Assembly (NCBI GenBank): GCA_964608395.1 | Contig: CAZSOR010000001.1 | Coordinates: 134 to 64,133 of the forward strand | From: an uncultured Pirellulales bacterium | GTDB lineage: Bacteria; Planctomycetota; Phycisphaerae; Sedimentisphaerales; Anaerobacaceae | Direction of reading: 5' to 3' | DNA length: 64,000 nt | Shown: piece by piece, positions 1 through 10,260 of the stretch | Layout of the letters: every line of letters begins with the position of its first letter | Position numbering within the stretch: the stretch's first letter is position 1 | Notes under the pieces: model-generated | The model's database searches: none | The model's input: only the letters and a program-made list of their open reading frames with translations | What the model was told of the DNA's origin: nothing | Program-made: the position numbers and the translations under genes

Positions 1-1016
1 GCGTAGGCGAAATTCCCGGCTGACCCTGTAATCTTCCCTCCACGAGGTAAATTAAAATTCGTCGAGCCGCAATCAATAGCTGTAGAGTTAGTCACAAAGG
101 CACGACTGGCCAAATACACCCTTATACCGCCTCTCATCTTTTTTACTGTACAATTCTCCACTGTCACGCTCCCGCCGCCAGTGTACACCCTGATGCCATC
201 CTCTGAAAGAGGTAGCATAACGTCCTTGGGAATGGGCTTGTTTCCCCTGCGAGGCAATCTGTAATTAGATCTAGCTGGTAAGTCCTTAGGATCTGTTTCC
301 ATGTATAGATCCTTGCTTGGTCGCATCCGACCCTCTACGAGGCAATTCTTAATCTTCGTTTTATTGGCTGGACTTTGCATATAGATGCCATGACCAAAAG
401 CCCTTTGCTGAATTTCACACCCGTCTATGGTATTGCTTTGGCCCTTGATCACTATGCCGCAGCGTTTATCCAAACCGTATACATTGTCGGAGCCAATGCC
501 ATATATACTTCCATACCCGTAGGGAAAGGAACCCCTTATGGTCAGTTTTGTGCTAACAACCCCGTTGTTATCTCCGGTAACCCCCATAACAGCGCTACCC
601 CTCAGGCCCTTGGCCAGAGTAGACCGGTTCTGATTGTAACTGCTGAAATCCGTGACTTCTTTAAGACCGCTCTTGTAGGTATCTTCGAAGGTGCCGCCTT
701 TGAACGTATTGTTGTGACCCGAAATAGAGATGTAGCTCCTACGCGTGGTACCGACTGGGACATTTACGTAGACCCCCGACAAATCAATCGTGTTATTGGA
801 TCCTGAACAAGGGATGTTTCTGGAGCCATCTGGAAGGTCAGTAAGCGTATAGCGACCCGGTTTCATCACAATCACTTGATCGCTTTTTTGTACTGCCTCA
901 CGCAATTCCGGCAATGTGGATACATTCACCGCAGCGTGCGCAGCCAACGGCAGGCAGGAAAGCCCGGCCAGGAGAATCATACGTCTCAGGCCCATGAACC
1001 ATTTGTCTGATACCAT
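1..1016 (-). CDS. Secreted right-handed parallel beta-helix protein (pectate-lyase fold); 3' end lies beyond the window
   Basis: It is absent from the ORF track because it runs off the left edge. Hand translation of the minus strand is open from ATG 1016 (alternative ATG 995) down to base 1: MVSDKWF-MGLRRMILLAGLSCLPLAAHA-AVNVSTLPELREAVQKSDQVIVMKPGRYTLTDL...NNTIDLSGVYVNV...GHNNTFKGGTFED...NCLVEG...VENCTVKKMRGGIRVY. That gives a signal peptide plus short Asn/Gly-rich rung repeats. Confidence 0.6.
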   Translation of the reverse strand, partial: MVSDKWFMGLRRMILLAGLSCLPLAAHAAVNVSTLPELREAVQKSDQVIVMKPGRYTLTDLPDGSRNIPCSGSNNTIDLSGVYVNVPVGTTRRSYISISGHNNTFKGGTFEDTYKSGLKEVTDFSSYNQNRSTLAKGLRGSAVMGVTGDNNGVVSTKLTIRGSFPYGYGSIYGIGSDNVYGLDKRCGIVIKGQSNTIDGCEIQQRAFGHGIYMQSPANKTKIKNCLVEGRMRPSKDLYMETDPKDLPARSNYRLPRRGNKPIPKDVMLPLSEDGIRVYTGGGSVTVENCTVKKMRGGIRVYLASRAFVTNSTAIDCGSTNFNLPRGGKITGSAGNFAY

Positions 1017-1064
1017 GACATGTTTTGAGTTAGTGCATGGAAACATTGTTTTACCTCAGTGTTG

Positions 1065-3233
1065 TTAGTTCGGATCTCCGCCCAAATCGGTGTACTCCTT
1101 GGTGACAGCAGCGTCGTGTACATGCCAGTTTTCGAAATCTCTGGTTCTCAGCATGTCTGCGCCAATGAACATCTCATCCATGATGTTGACATATTTTTTC
1201 CAAAAACCATCGGCCTTGCCTAAGGCGATTTTTGCATCCTCATATCTATTGGCAGCCTTGGCCGTTGCTGCCCTGATCTTTTCAGCATAATAATGGCTCA
1301 GATAGGCCTGGGCATAGATGCTCTTGATATTGACTTCCAGTTCGGGATTCCCGCCAGCAGAAACCGAGGCCATTTTTTCCAGGGCAGCTTCCCCAGCCCT
1401 CTGGACCGCGTCAGCGATGTTGTCCGAGGTGCGTCCATTCGGGCAATTCCCAGCGGCGCTATCCTTAATACTGCAGATATCTGAACCGATGGATGGTTTG
1501 GCCTTGATGAAGTCCTCGATCCTGAGAAAGCCTTTGTTCCCCTGGCACAGTTCCGGCCACCAGTGAAAGTCAAAGCAGAGGCTTCCCTGAATGACTTCCG
1601 CGGCCAGAGGTAAGCCACGAGACGCATCGCTCCAGGCACTAAAGAGATTCGCAGCAGAGACATTTGGATATCGATAGGCCATTTCATCGATAAACACCTG
1701 ATCCGGTGTCTGGGGATTGTAAGACAGTCGTCCCCATAGCATTTGGGTGTACCACAACCTCTTTATGTCCAGTACATTCTTGTGCACATCGGCTTTGCTG
1801 TAGAAATCACGGGTGGCGGTCCAGCCATCCCCACCGTAGAAAAATCCCTGGATGTATTTATCCTTGTCAGGGAAGGCATAAATGTAGTCCCGGGCAAACT
1901 GAGGATGGCCCCAATGCAAATAATAGAAGTCATCCTGTCGGACCTCCAGCCAGGCTTTCTTTTGAGTCCTGACCAAATCGGCAGGCACATCACCATCCTT
2001 GGTGTAGATCAATCTCGGAGCTGGTGCAGAATACATATGGGCTGCAGAATACTTGTACGACATATCCAAGCGCACATTGGGCAGAGCTAACAAAGGCTCA
2101 AAATGGCCCATGACTTGAGAGATATCTGCGTAGTGCCAACGATGGATAAAGGTGATATTACGCTTTGGATTCTCTTTGGTATAATCCAGTATTCCCTGGC
2201 CATAGGCATCCCACATCCACTTTCCCTCAACATCTGCTGAGAGGCCATTCATGTTTTCCCCGGCGGTGACACCCAGGCCATCTAAATGCGGATAGGTTTC
2301 AAACATCAAACGTACAGCTTTTCGGAAGTATCGTTTGGTGGCCTCGTTGTCCGCATCATTGGTGATACCGCCTTTGCCTTCTGCCCCATAGGTATAGATG
2401 TTCCAGGTAATAAAATAGATTTGAAAGCCCCTGCCCTTGGCATAAGCCATGACCTTCTGCCAGAAAGCCACCTTTTCAGCGGCGCTCATTTTTTTGGCAT
2501 ACCCATCGAAACCCTGTACATCCTGGACCGATTCGGCCATATCCAACAGGGCAGGGAAGGGGTGAGAGTTCCAAATCGAAATCACATTAAAGCGAGCGCG
2601 TGCCATTTCGTCGAACCAGTCCTCCCAGTAGGTCATGTCCCAAACCGCAGGGATCGCCTTCTTCGCTGCATCGCCCCCGAAGGCCTTGGAAAGGGGCTTG
2701 TAGGCGTAGCCCACGTAGGTAGGGACACGCGTATCAAGAGGCAGGTTGTATTTCACCCCGCGATTCTTGATATACGGGGCTTCCTGACAATTATAGGTTT
2801 CTGACAAACCATTGAAACGAATATTCTCGGCCAACTGCAAACCACCATACATGAGCCCGTTGACGTCGCCCCCAAGCACCCAGTAACTTCGCGCGCCCTT
2901 GGTGGTGGTTCTCAGCGCATAGGCCTGTTCGCCCAGACCAGAAAGTGTGGCGCCGCCTTGAATGCTTAGCACCTGACTCGCCGCACTGTTCGCAGCCAAG
3001 CTTAGAACAATTTTTTGATTGGGGTAATCAAAGCTCAGCTCTGATAAGCGTTTTAGTTCCGCTGTGTGATTTTTCACCTGCAGGATCATTTTAATCTCAC
3101 TGGCTGCAAAATCCGATTGTGGAACCGTGCTGTCATAAAAAACACCCACCACATCGGCAAGGGTGACAGACGTTAGTAGTAACACCAACAGAAAGCAAAA
3201 GAAAGGATGGCATACAAGTGATACTTTTTTCAT
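1065..3233 (-). CDS. Secreted putative glycoside hydrolase (N-terminal GH20b/GH67N-like domain plus TIM-barrel-like core); family not assignable by eye
   Basis: 722-aa ORF with signal peptide MKKVSLVCHPFFCFLLVLLLTSVTLA. The stretch GEQAYALRTT...YWVLGGDVNGLMYGGLQLAE resembles the N-domain of GH20/67/115 enzymes. It lies 12 nt from the upstream gene of the operon. Confidence 0.45.
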   Translation of the reverse strand: MKKVSLVCHPFFCFLLVLLLTSVTLADVVGVFYDSTVPQSDFAASEIKMILQVKNHTAELKRLSELSFDYPNQKIVLSLAANSAASQVLSIQGGATLSGLGEQAYALRTTTKGARSYWVLGGDVNGLMYGGLQLAENIRFNGLSETYNCQEAPYIKNRGVKYNLPLDTRVPTYVGYAYKPLSKAFGGDAAKKAIPAVWDMTYWEDWFDEMARARFNVISIWNSHPFPALLDMAESVQDVQGFDGYAKKMSAAEKVAFWQKVMAYAKGRGFQIYFITWNIYTYGAEGKGGITNDADNEATKRYFRKAVRLMFETYPHLDGLGVTAGENMNGLSADVEGKWMWDAYGQGILDYTKENPKRNITFIHRWHYADISQVMGHFEPLLALPNVRLDMSYKYSAAHMYSAPAPRLIYTKDGDVPADLVRTQKKAWLEVRQDDFYYLHWGHPQFARDYIYAFPDKDKYIQGFFYGGDGWTATRDFYSKADVHKNVLDIKRLWYTQMLWGRLSYNPQTPDQVFIDEMAYRYPNVSAANLFSAWSDASRGLPLAAEVIQGSLCFDFHWWPELCQGNKGFLRIEDFIKAKPSIGSDICSIKDSAAGNCPNGRTSDNIADAVQRAGEAALEKMASVSAGGNPELEVNIKSIYAQAYLSHYYAEKIRAATAKAANRYEDAKIALGKADGFWKKYVNIMDEMFIGADMLRTRDFENWHVHDAAVTKEYTDLGGDPN

Positions 3234-3245
3234 ACTAACATCTCC

Positions 3246-4061
3246 TCAATCTGAGCATTCTTGTTTTTTCTGAATTTCAATCATCTTTTCTGCAAAACGT
3301 TTTCCTAGCAAACGGGCAGATTGAGCGTCAAAGTGGACCAAGTCGCCACGATCGGTCAGCCCTTCTGAGGACGCAAAAGCGGCATGTTTAATCTGCGCAA
3401 CCACGTGCCGATGGGCCTGGTCCACCTTGATGTGTCCTTCAGTCCAGGGTCTTTGGGCAAACTGTCCCAACTGGCCGATCACAATCGGAAGGTTCGGGTC
3501 ATCGCACTCGGTGCGCAAACGTTCGATGAGTGTGGTCAGGGCTGCTGCGTAGGTTCCATTTGTTCCCATTTTGCCGTCCGATTCACCCTGGTGCCAAAGA
3601 ATACCCTTAACAACTCCGCTTTGACGAGCCAGGCGCAGGCGCATAAGCATGTCGTCATTGGGATGGGTTTTGGTTTTTTCATCCCAGGCGCCCGGCTGCC
3701 ACTTTCGAATCGACGTGCCACCCACTGCACAGGGGATTAGACCAATCTTTACCAATGGCATATGGTCGGCCATCATCAGTCCGAATGTCCTGCCTGGACC
3801 CACGCCAGCAACGGATTTGTCGAAATGAATGGGGTCAATGACCGGAAGCCATTCATTTTCCTTATTCAACGTCAGCACTCGTGGATGGGGCGTGCGGTCC
3901 TGCTGTTCAACCTCCCCCCGTCCAGCCATATTGGATTGCCCAATGAGCAGGTAGAGATCGAGTGGTGCTTCAGGCAGGCATGTATCCTGCTGCGCATACA
4001 GGGATGGCAGCAGCAATCCCAAAAAGACCGCGACAAAATGAAGACTTATGTTCTTTTTCAT
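3246..4061 (-). CDS. Sialate O-acetylesterase-like carbohydrate esterase (CE6/DUF303, SGNH-type)
   Basis: 271 aa with a signal peptide. Motifs are LLIGQSNMAGRG (catalytic Ser block) and WHQGESD. The gap to the upstream gene is 1 nt. Confidence 0.75.
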   Translation of the reverse strand: MKKNISLHFVAVFLGLLLPSLYAQQDTCLPEAPLDLYLLIGQSNMAGRGEVEQQDRTPHPRVLTLNKENEWLPVIDPIHFDKSVAGVGPGRTFGLMMADHMPLVKIGLIPCAVGGTSIRKWQPGAWDEKTKTHPNDDMLMRLRLARQSGVVKGILWHQGESDGKMGTNGTYAAALTTLIERLRTECDDPNLPIVIGQLGQFAQRPWTEGHIKVDQAHRHVVAQIKHAAFASSEGLTDRGDLVHFDAQSARLLGKRFAEKMIEIQKKQECSD

Positions 4062-4062
4062 T

Positions 4063-5589
4063 CTACTTGCTCACATCAATCACAATACGTCGATAATCGT
4101 ACAACGATGCAATGGGATTCAGATCCTTCACCTCAAGGATCACATGGATTTGTTTTCCTGCAGCATCTGCCGGAATAGTCACACTGGCCTGAGGCTGCTC
4201 TTGGTCGAGGATAGTCACCTTGCGCGTATAGGTGCCAGCTTCCGGATAGGTATACCAGCGCATGGCCAGTTCGTCCTTGTCAGGGTCAAAGCTGGCACTG
4301 GCATCCAGGCTGATCAGTTGGCCGGGTTTGGCCTCACGGCGAACGATGGTGTCACTTTTGTCTCCATGAAAGGCTGCCACTGGATGATGATTCGCCTTAT
4401 CGTATGGATTCAGACACCAGTCCATGCGACATTTGAAGTTGTTGAAGAAGGCACGACGCCAACGCCAGATCGGCGTGAAAATATCATTGTATTCATCGCC
4501 GTTCTCTGGATTGATCCAGCGATCGGCCTCTTCCTTGTACAGGCTAAAAGAACCTACCTTTTCTTCATCGTCGCGCACACGCTTGTGTTTGGACATGTAG
4601 TTCTTGGCTTTGTCCCGTGAGAAGCGTCCACTCCAGCCACCCCAATGGGGGTGATCCACACTGAACAGGCCCTTGTTGACCAGGCCGAGCCAAGGAATGG
4701 TGCCTCCCCCTTCCAAGAAGCTAATATTTCCGCCATCAAATTGACGTATAGGCCATACCCTGCCCACTGGACCGTGATTGCCCTTGATATGTTCCAGGGC
4801 CCACTGATGCTGCCCAATAAAGGAGTAGGCATAGGGTTCCCACGTATGCGGACCTATGGCCTGACGGTTCCCAGTATGGTTAATGGCACCTTCATGGGAC
4901 GGGCCGCCGTAACAGTAGGTTTGGTAATTGCTGCGCAGCCAATGGATGTCCGGGAAACGGTTACATATCCATGCCCCGCAATTGTCTTGAGCGCCGTTTT
5001 CAAAAACGCGAAGTTTGGCAACAAAGGCATCCACTTCAGACTGGCTGTGTGTGGCCTGAAAATCACACAGGGCCTGGGCCAGTGTGTTGGAGCCGGCATT
5101 GACTACGATCCATAGGGGACGCGCATCATTCTTGGTGACGGCCTTTATAATCAGTTCCGAACCCGGACTTGATTTTCCTTCGCCCACGTCATCAAAGCCA
5201 TAGCCGGGCTGCCCTGTAGTCACAATGCTATGTAAGTACTCAGGAGATTGCCAGCCAGAGGCGTGTTTCTGTAAATTGGGGTAGACCTTGGCATAGGCAT
5301 CAATGATTTCCGTGAATAACTCCGGGTGAAGCACACGCCTATAGGGGTCCTTGGAATTTGGGCGCAGATATATTCCAGAGACGGCGATCAGGCCCTCCAA
5401 TTCGAATTCATTGGAACACATAATCATGTGAGCCATCTGCTGCACTTCATCAGGTTCGTTCCCCATGTCCGCCAGGATGATCAAGCGCGAAGCCCAGGCC
5501 TGAGATCCTCCCATCATTCCCAACATCAGTATCAGATACACGCCGCAAGATCGGATTCGTTTCATCTTACTGTCCTTTCTGTCTACCAT
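4063..5589 (-). CDS. DUF1593 (nucleoside-hydrolase-like fold) secreted protein with C-terminal Ig-like domain
   Basis: 508 aa. The likely start is the internal MKRIRSCGVYLILMLGMMGGSQAWA signal. ILADMGNEPDEVQQMAHMIMCSNEFELEGLIAVSG matches the DUF1593 N-terminal signature. Confidence 0.6.
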   Translation of the reverse strand: MVDRKDSKMKRIRSCGVYLILMLGMMGGSQAWASRLIILADMGNEPDEVQQMAHMIMCSNEFELEGLIAVSGIYLRPNSKDPYRRVLHPELFTEIIDAYAKVYPNLQKHASGWQSPEYLHSIVTTGQPGYGFDDVGEGKSSPGSELIIKAVTKNDARPLWIVVNAGSNTLAQALCDFQATHSQSEVDAFVAKLRVFENGAQDNCGAWICNRFPDIHWLRSNYQTYCYGGPSHEGAINHTGNRQAIGPHTWEPYAYSFIGQHQWALEHIKGNHGPVGRVWPIRQFDGGNISFLEGGGTIPWLGLVNKGLFSVDHPHWGGWSGRFSRDKAKNYMSKHKRVRDDEEKVGSFSLYKEEADRWINPENGDEYNDIFTPIWRWRRAFFNNFKCRMDWCLNPYDKANHHPVAAFHGDKSDTIVRREAKPGQLISLDASASFDPDKDELAMRWYTYPEAGTYTRKVTILDQEQPQASVTIPADAAGKQIHVILEVKDLNPIASLYDYRRIVIDVSK

Positions 5590-5620
5590 ATATAGTCTTT
5601 GCCTTCTCTAATAGTATTTT

Positions 5621-8002
5621 TTATTTTGCCCGCAACGACAGCCAGAGGTTTTTCGCCTTCTTATTGTAAGTGGGCTTGACGGGCTGGCCGTTCAAAGTAA
5701 CCTCTGCCGGTTTCTTCGTGGCCCGTAACAGGGCATTGATGACAGGCTGGCCCTGTAATTGTACATCAAGCGAACCACCTTTTTTCGTTGCGCAGAGATA
5801 GACTTTCGACAGCGAGTCGAGTATCACTTTGCCATCACGGCGTAGGTAGCTGCCATCGACCACAAGGACGCGCGATGCAGCGTCGGGATCGTCCATCTTG
5901 GCACCTGCAGGCCAGGTGAAGGCTGTCAGGTAGGCATCAGTCTCCCAGCCGTTGTAGATTAGGTTGGCATTGCGATGACGGATCCTGCCATCGGCAAGCA
6001 GGTTTAGCCAGAGTTCCGTGACCTCACCGTGTTGTGTGATGCGGAGCCCGATCATGTCAACTGTTTTCAACCGTTCGATTTTCGGCGGCGTCCAATCACC
6101 GTCCTGGACGGGCATGATGGCGGTGATGAACTTGGTGCGGCGCATCAATTCAGTGGGCAAGAAGGCGGCATAGGGCATCTTGGTGTTTTGGTCGTGGTCT
6201 TTCAAACCGATTCGTTCTTCCAATCGCATGCACTCGGGATAATCAGTCGGCAGTCCGGCATCGGGGAAGGGCATGGGGAAGAGCGGACGCACAATCACGC
6301 TGACGTCATCCTGGGTGATGGTGAAGTCTTTGCCTGAACGTTTGCCCTCGCCGTCGTAGTGGAGCAGCCACTCGAACTGGCCGGGTTCGAAGGTCTTCAA
6401 GTCGTCGATCACCAGAATCACATCGCCAATCCACAGGAAACTGCGGAAATTGCGAATGAAGGTATCCGATGTGGGACCTGTGGCATCGGCCAGGACATAG
6501 CGCATGTCACCGGCATCAATCAATTGTGAGACCGTGCCGTGGAATTTGGAACCAAAGTAGGTGTCCTCGGGATTCTCAGCTCTGCTGTTGAAGGTGACGA
6601 CACTGTGTGCGATGCTTTGACGGTAGTAATCGTCGTATTCCGGGGTAGAGTAGCCACTTTTGCCGGAATCGATCAACAGGTACTTGCCACGATGGAAGAG
6701 GATAAAGGAACCCGCGTCGGCATGGGCATGGTTCCAGGTGTAGCCCGATTTAATGCCGAGCAACGTGGCGTCTTTTTCCCAAGAGGACCGCATGGTGGCC
6801 CAGCCCATGTCCGGGAATATCTTTGAGCGAGCGACCTTGGGCAATTCAGGAGTGGCCGCCATCTCTTCAGTGGTTGGTGCGTACAGCAACTGACTGGGTG
6901 ATCCGAGCATCAAACCACTGTTGCCTGCGTCCTCCCCGCGATTGCCGCGTTCCCCACGGCACTGATTCATATACCAGAGGATTCCGGGGTTGCGGTAACC
7001 GAGGGACCAGAGCAGGGGAACAACGCTCCCACCGTTTGCCCCGAGACTCGAATCGCCAAAATCCGTTGACCAGGGCGAACCGCCGGAACGGAAATAGCTG
7101 GTGTGCATGAAGAAGTCAGCAATCTTGCCCAAGACTGGAGGTTCCGGCAGCGGCGTGACAAAGGCATCACGCCAGGCAAGTCGGAATGGCAGATGGGTGC
7201 GAATGGCGAAACCGGCATAGCTGACGCTTTCATAGAATCCACCGTTGCGATCAAAATTAGAGGGTTTGTTGTCCAGGTTGCTGCCGGCGTAGCTGAGCCA
7301 TTCGGCATCTGCTGTTCCCACACGTTCGATCCAACCGGGAGCCCGTGGATCTTCGTCCATGATTGCCATGGCGCCGATGCCCGCACCAAAGACGATGGCA
7401 CTCCACCAATTGTGGCCCATGGAATCGAGTGCGTGGATACGTTGCTCGCCGAGAATCCAGTCATTGAGCACCGGCAAGATGCCCTCTTCAGCCAGGCGGG
7501 TGGCCAGTTCTTTACGTTCATTCGAGGTTAGCAAATCATAGACCGTATCATAGGCAATGGCAAAGGAGTGACATTTCTCGCCCGAGTCCAGACCCGCATG
7601 CCAGGGTGGATTCCGTTTCATGAGCATAGAGGCGCTGCGTCCCCCAAACTTATGTGAGAAGAGGCTTTGTTTGACACGTTCCCCAAATCGTTTGTCACCA
7701 GTCATTCGGTAAACGAGACAGAGCAGTTCATTGCTTCCACCCCGTCCGTGTCTGCCACGCTCTCCGGTAGAGGGTGCTATCGCACTATTGGCATTGGCGA
7801 GCATCTTCTCCCATACCTCGGCAATAGACGGTTCATTGGCGACCCGTTCTTTAAGTTTCTTAATATTGGCATCGGAGTAGGTCAAATAGGGGTGGCCGCT
7901 GCGCCGTACAAATTTATCCGCGGCCTGGGCTGTGATACTACCGACCAACTGCACGGCGATGATCAAACAAATGAAGAATTTAATGTGGCTTACATGTTTC
8001 AT
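5621..8002 (-). CDS. Secreted heparinase II/III-family polysaccharide lyase-like protein
   Basis: 793 aa with a signal peptide. NHAHADAGSFILFHRGKYLLIDSG is the typical Hepar_II_III block, preceded by an alpha/alpha-toroid-like N-terminal half. Confidence 0.7.
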   Translation of the reverse strand: MKHVSHIKFFICLIIAVQLVGSITAQAADKFVRRSGHPYLTYSDANIKKLKERVANEPSIAEVWEKMLANANSAIAPSTGERGRHGRGGSNELLCLVYRMTGDKRFGERVKQSLFSHKFGGRSASMLMKRNPPWHAGLDSGEKCHSFAIAYDTVYDLLTSNERKELATRLAEEGILPVLNDWILGEQRIHALDSMGHNWWSAIVFGAGIGAMAIMDEDPRAPGWIERVGTADAEWLSYAGSNLDNKPSNFDRNGGFYESVSYAGFAIRTHLPFRLAWRDAFVTPLPEPPVLGKIADFFMHTSYFRSGGSPWSTDFGDSSLGANGGSVVPLLWSLGYRNPGILWYMNQCRGERGNRGEDAGNSGLMLGSPSQLLYAPTTEEMAATPELPKVARSKIFPDMGWATMRSSWEKDATLLGIKSGYTWNHAHADAGSFILFHRGKYLLIDSGKSGYSTPEYDDYYRQSIAHSVVTFNSRAENPEDTYFGSKFHGTVSQLIDAGDMRYVLADATGPTSDTFIRNFRSFLWIGDVILVIDDLKTFEPGQFEWLLHYDGEGKRSGKDFTITQDDVSVIVRPLFPMPFPDAGLPTDYPECMRLEERIGLKDHDQNTKMPYAAFLPTELMRRTKFITAIMPVQDGDWTPPKIERLKTVDMIGLRITQHGEVTELWLNLLADGRIRHRNANLIYNGWETDAYLTAFTWPAGAKMDDPDAASRVLVVDGSYLRRDGKVILDSLSKVYLCATKKGGSLDVQLQGQPVINALLRATKKPAEVTLNGQPVKPTYNKKAKNLWLSLRAK

Positions 8003-8044
8003 AATATCACCTTTTCATAGAACTAAGTTCGGTCGCTCCTGCCT

Positions 8045-10213
8045 CTATTTTGAAACGCCGGTAATTTCTTTTAATTTGTTAAAGAAGCCCTTTTTTCGTG
8101 GAGAGCTAATTTCCCAATTTACTGGAACCGATTGAAAACCATTCTCATATCCTTCACCCCTCTTGCGGTAATCGAAATATCCCCATGAGGCATAGGCCTT
8201 CACGGCCAGCACTAAATGGTTAACGGGCTTATCAAAATCGAAACGGTCGTCTTCATTGAATAGGATAGGTTTCGGTGCGTATCCCTTTACTGCCTTGGTT
8301 TTACTCACCATTTCCGGGATGAGCGCCGGATCTTTGACCCCATTGCCATGAATCAGGAGAAAGTCTGCAACACCGACAACATTTTCCCTGGGGATTTGCC
8401 TACCGCTATAGCTTGTTCCTGCCAAATAGCGATGCCCATTTTGTTCTTTTGATTTGATCCGTTCGATGACCTCATGAACACGATTCGGTTGGAGGATCTT
8501 ATGGCGGTATTTGAGATTGCACTCGTTGTTGATCTCAATGATCACATTTCGATAATTATGTGCAAAGAGCCAATCGATGGTATTGTCTACTCCTCTGAGC
8601 ACGGCGGCCTCGTCTTCTAACAAATCTTCCTGGTCATTGTAGAAGAGCCCCAAGATGGCCACCATTCCGATTTCATTGACTCGATCCAGAATTCTCTTCA
8701 AGCGAGCCATGTACTCTGGGCGTAATTGGCCCTTGGGATCTATGGCGGAATTGATCCAGCCTTTGTTTCCATAGCCTAGCGGACTTCCACCCTGCATGTT
8801 AATGGTGAAGGCCAGCAGGCCATGGGCATACCAGGAGTCCATGGCTTTAACAAACTCATCCGTATTGCGATCAGCATCCCATTTTTGCGTATCCTCATAG
8901 GCCCATCGACCGGCTGTTTCAGGATTGAGGTCATCGAAGATACCCTGAACCATTCTTGAGTTCATCAGCAGGCCTTCAATGGGAAATCCATTCCAACGAC
9001 GCCCCTTGTAGGTTGGGACACCATTAATCAGGAATTTTTCACCTTCAATACTGACCACGGTTTGAGGTGAATCCTTTCCTCGGGCTGCCAACCTAACGAG
9101 GCCAGCAGGCTGATCGGCGTACATGAGTGTACTCCAAGGCATAGTGCCTCCTGTTTCGGGCCTGGTTTTTTGGATCGCCTCTTGGCACCAGGGCATGTCC
9201 ATACCCATGCGGTTGTGATAGTGGTTAACGATCTTGTCGTACATGGGGCGCAGTCTTCCGCGGCTTTTTGCTGAAATCTTCGTATGTTTATATTTCCCCT
9301 GATAGCTTTCGTAGTATTCAAAGGGTACGTCGTTTCCCTGGTTATACTTGGCCGTATATTCAAATCCTTTGGCCAATCGGTTGTCATAGGCACTATACAA
9401 ATCAACACCCTGTTTCCGGGCGATCTCAGCGGAATTGACGAGATATTCCAAGCCCATTTGGGTGTGACCTTGATCGCGACCACTTTCCTGACACTGACCA
9501 AACTCGTTAAAATAATGATTAACCGCGCCATTGCCTACGCCATTGAGATAATAGTCCACTGCCCTCTGAAACATGGCGTGATCATCCAGAAAAATCCCCA
9601 TGGCCATCATGGTCTGGATCATGGAAGCATCCCAGTTCCCATTCGCCCTGGGGAAAAAATCCTGGATTACAGGATAGAGCACCTTTTGCAGCATGAGCCG
9701 AAATGCCTGTTGGTCCTCTTGCGGCCACCCCTCCCAGGTATGTTTCAGAATTTCGGCCGCATTGCAGAACTGAAGCCCACCCATCCCGACCAATAACTTG
9801 GCATCGTGATTACTAACGGTTTCAAGCGTTGCTGACCAGGCGTTGAGAATCTCCGCGGCCTTCAATGCATGAGCCTCTGTATCGGTAAAGATCCAAAGTA
9901 GCGCATGCGTATAAGCAGCCCTGGCATCACGCATAAAAAAAGATCCTCCAATATCAGGTCTGTTGTAAGCCCCTCGTTCAACGTGGGCCATAGATCTGGT
10001 CTGCCAAGAAAGGGCTGCTTCTTTGGATGAAAGCATCGTCTCCCAGGTCTCTTGCCAGGGCTCTTCCTGGGCTTTCAATTTAGACTTTACGAATGCCAGT
10101 TCTGCTTGGTTGTGAGATATGCCGGGGTGAATAAAACCGGCGCCAAAGGCGTTGCCGGCAACTATAGCCGCTGTGATGACACAACAAATAATGGAAAGGA
10201 TCCTATGCTTCAT
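8045..10213 (-). CDS. Secreted two-domain protein: alginate-lyase-fold (PF05426-like) N-domain fused to a clan GH-A (GH5-like) TIM-barrel domain
   Basis: 722 aa with a signal peptide. The N-half carries HPGISHNQAELAFVKSKL...ANGNWDASM...QESGRDQGHTQ. The C-half (about 8048-9061) carries VIIEINNECN (Asn-Glu acid/base motif) and LFNEDD. Confidence 0.6.
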   Translation of the reverse strand: MKHRILSIICCVITAAIVAGNAFGAGFIHPGISHNQAELAFVKSKLKAQEEPWQETWETMLSSKEAALSWQTRSMAHVERGAYNRPDIGGSFFMRDARAAYTHALLWIFTDTEAHALKAAEILNAWSATLETVSNHDAKLLVGMGGLQFCNAAEILKHTWEGWPQEDQQAFRLMLQKVLYPVIQDFFPRANGNWDASMIQTMMAMGIFLDDHAMFQRAVDYYLNGVGNGAVNHYFNEFGQCQESGRDQGHTQMGLEYLVNSAEIARKQGVDLYSAYDNRLAKGFEYTAKYNQGNDVPFEYYESYQGKYKHTKISAKSRGRLRPMYDKIVNHYHNRMGMDMPWCQEAIQKTRPETGGTMPWSTLMYADQPAGLVRLAARGKDSPQTVVSIEGEKFLINGVPTYKGRRWNGFPIEGLLMNSRMVQGIFDDLNPETAGRWAYEDTQKWDADRNTDEFVKAMDSWYAHGLLAFTINMQGGSPLGYGNKGWINSAIDPKGQLRPEYMARLKRILDRVNEIGMVAILGLFYNDQEDLLEDEAAVLRGVDNTIDWLFAHNYRNVIIEINNECNLKYRHKILQPNRVHEVIERIKSKEQNGHRYLAGTSYSGRQIPRENVVGVADFLLIHGNGVKDPALIPEMVSKTKAVKGYAPKPILFNEDDRFDFDKPVNHLVLAVKAYASWGYFDYRKRGEGYENGFQSVPVNWEISSPRKKGFFNKLKEITGVSK

Positions 10214-10260
10214 AGTATTTCACTTTCTTTTTAGAATATTATTTCAATTTACAGTTGGGA

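Noticed and set aside
375-806. 143-aa plus-strand ORF in the track
   Set aside because: It lies entirely antisense to the continuous minus-strand beta-helix CDS (1-1016) that I translated by hand. It has no motifs and no RBS, so it is a shadow ORF.
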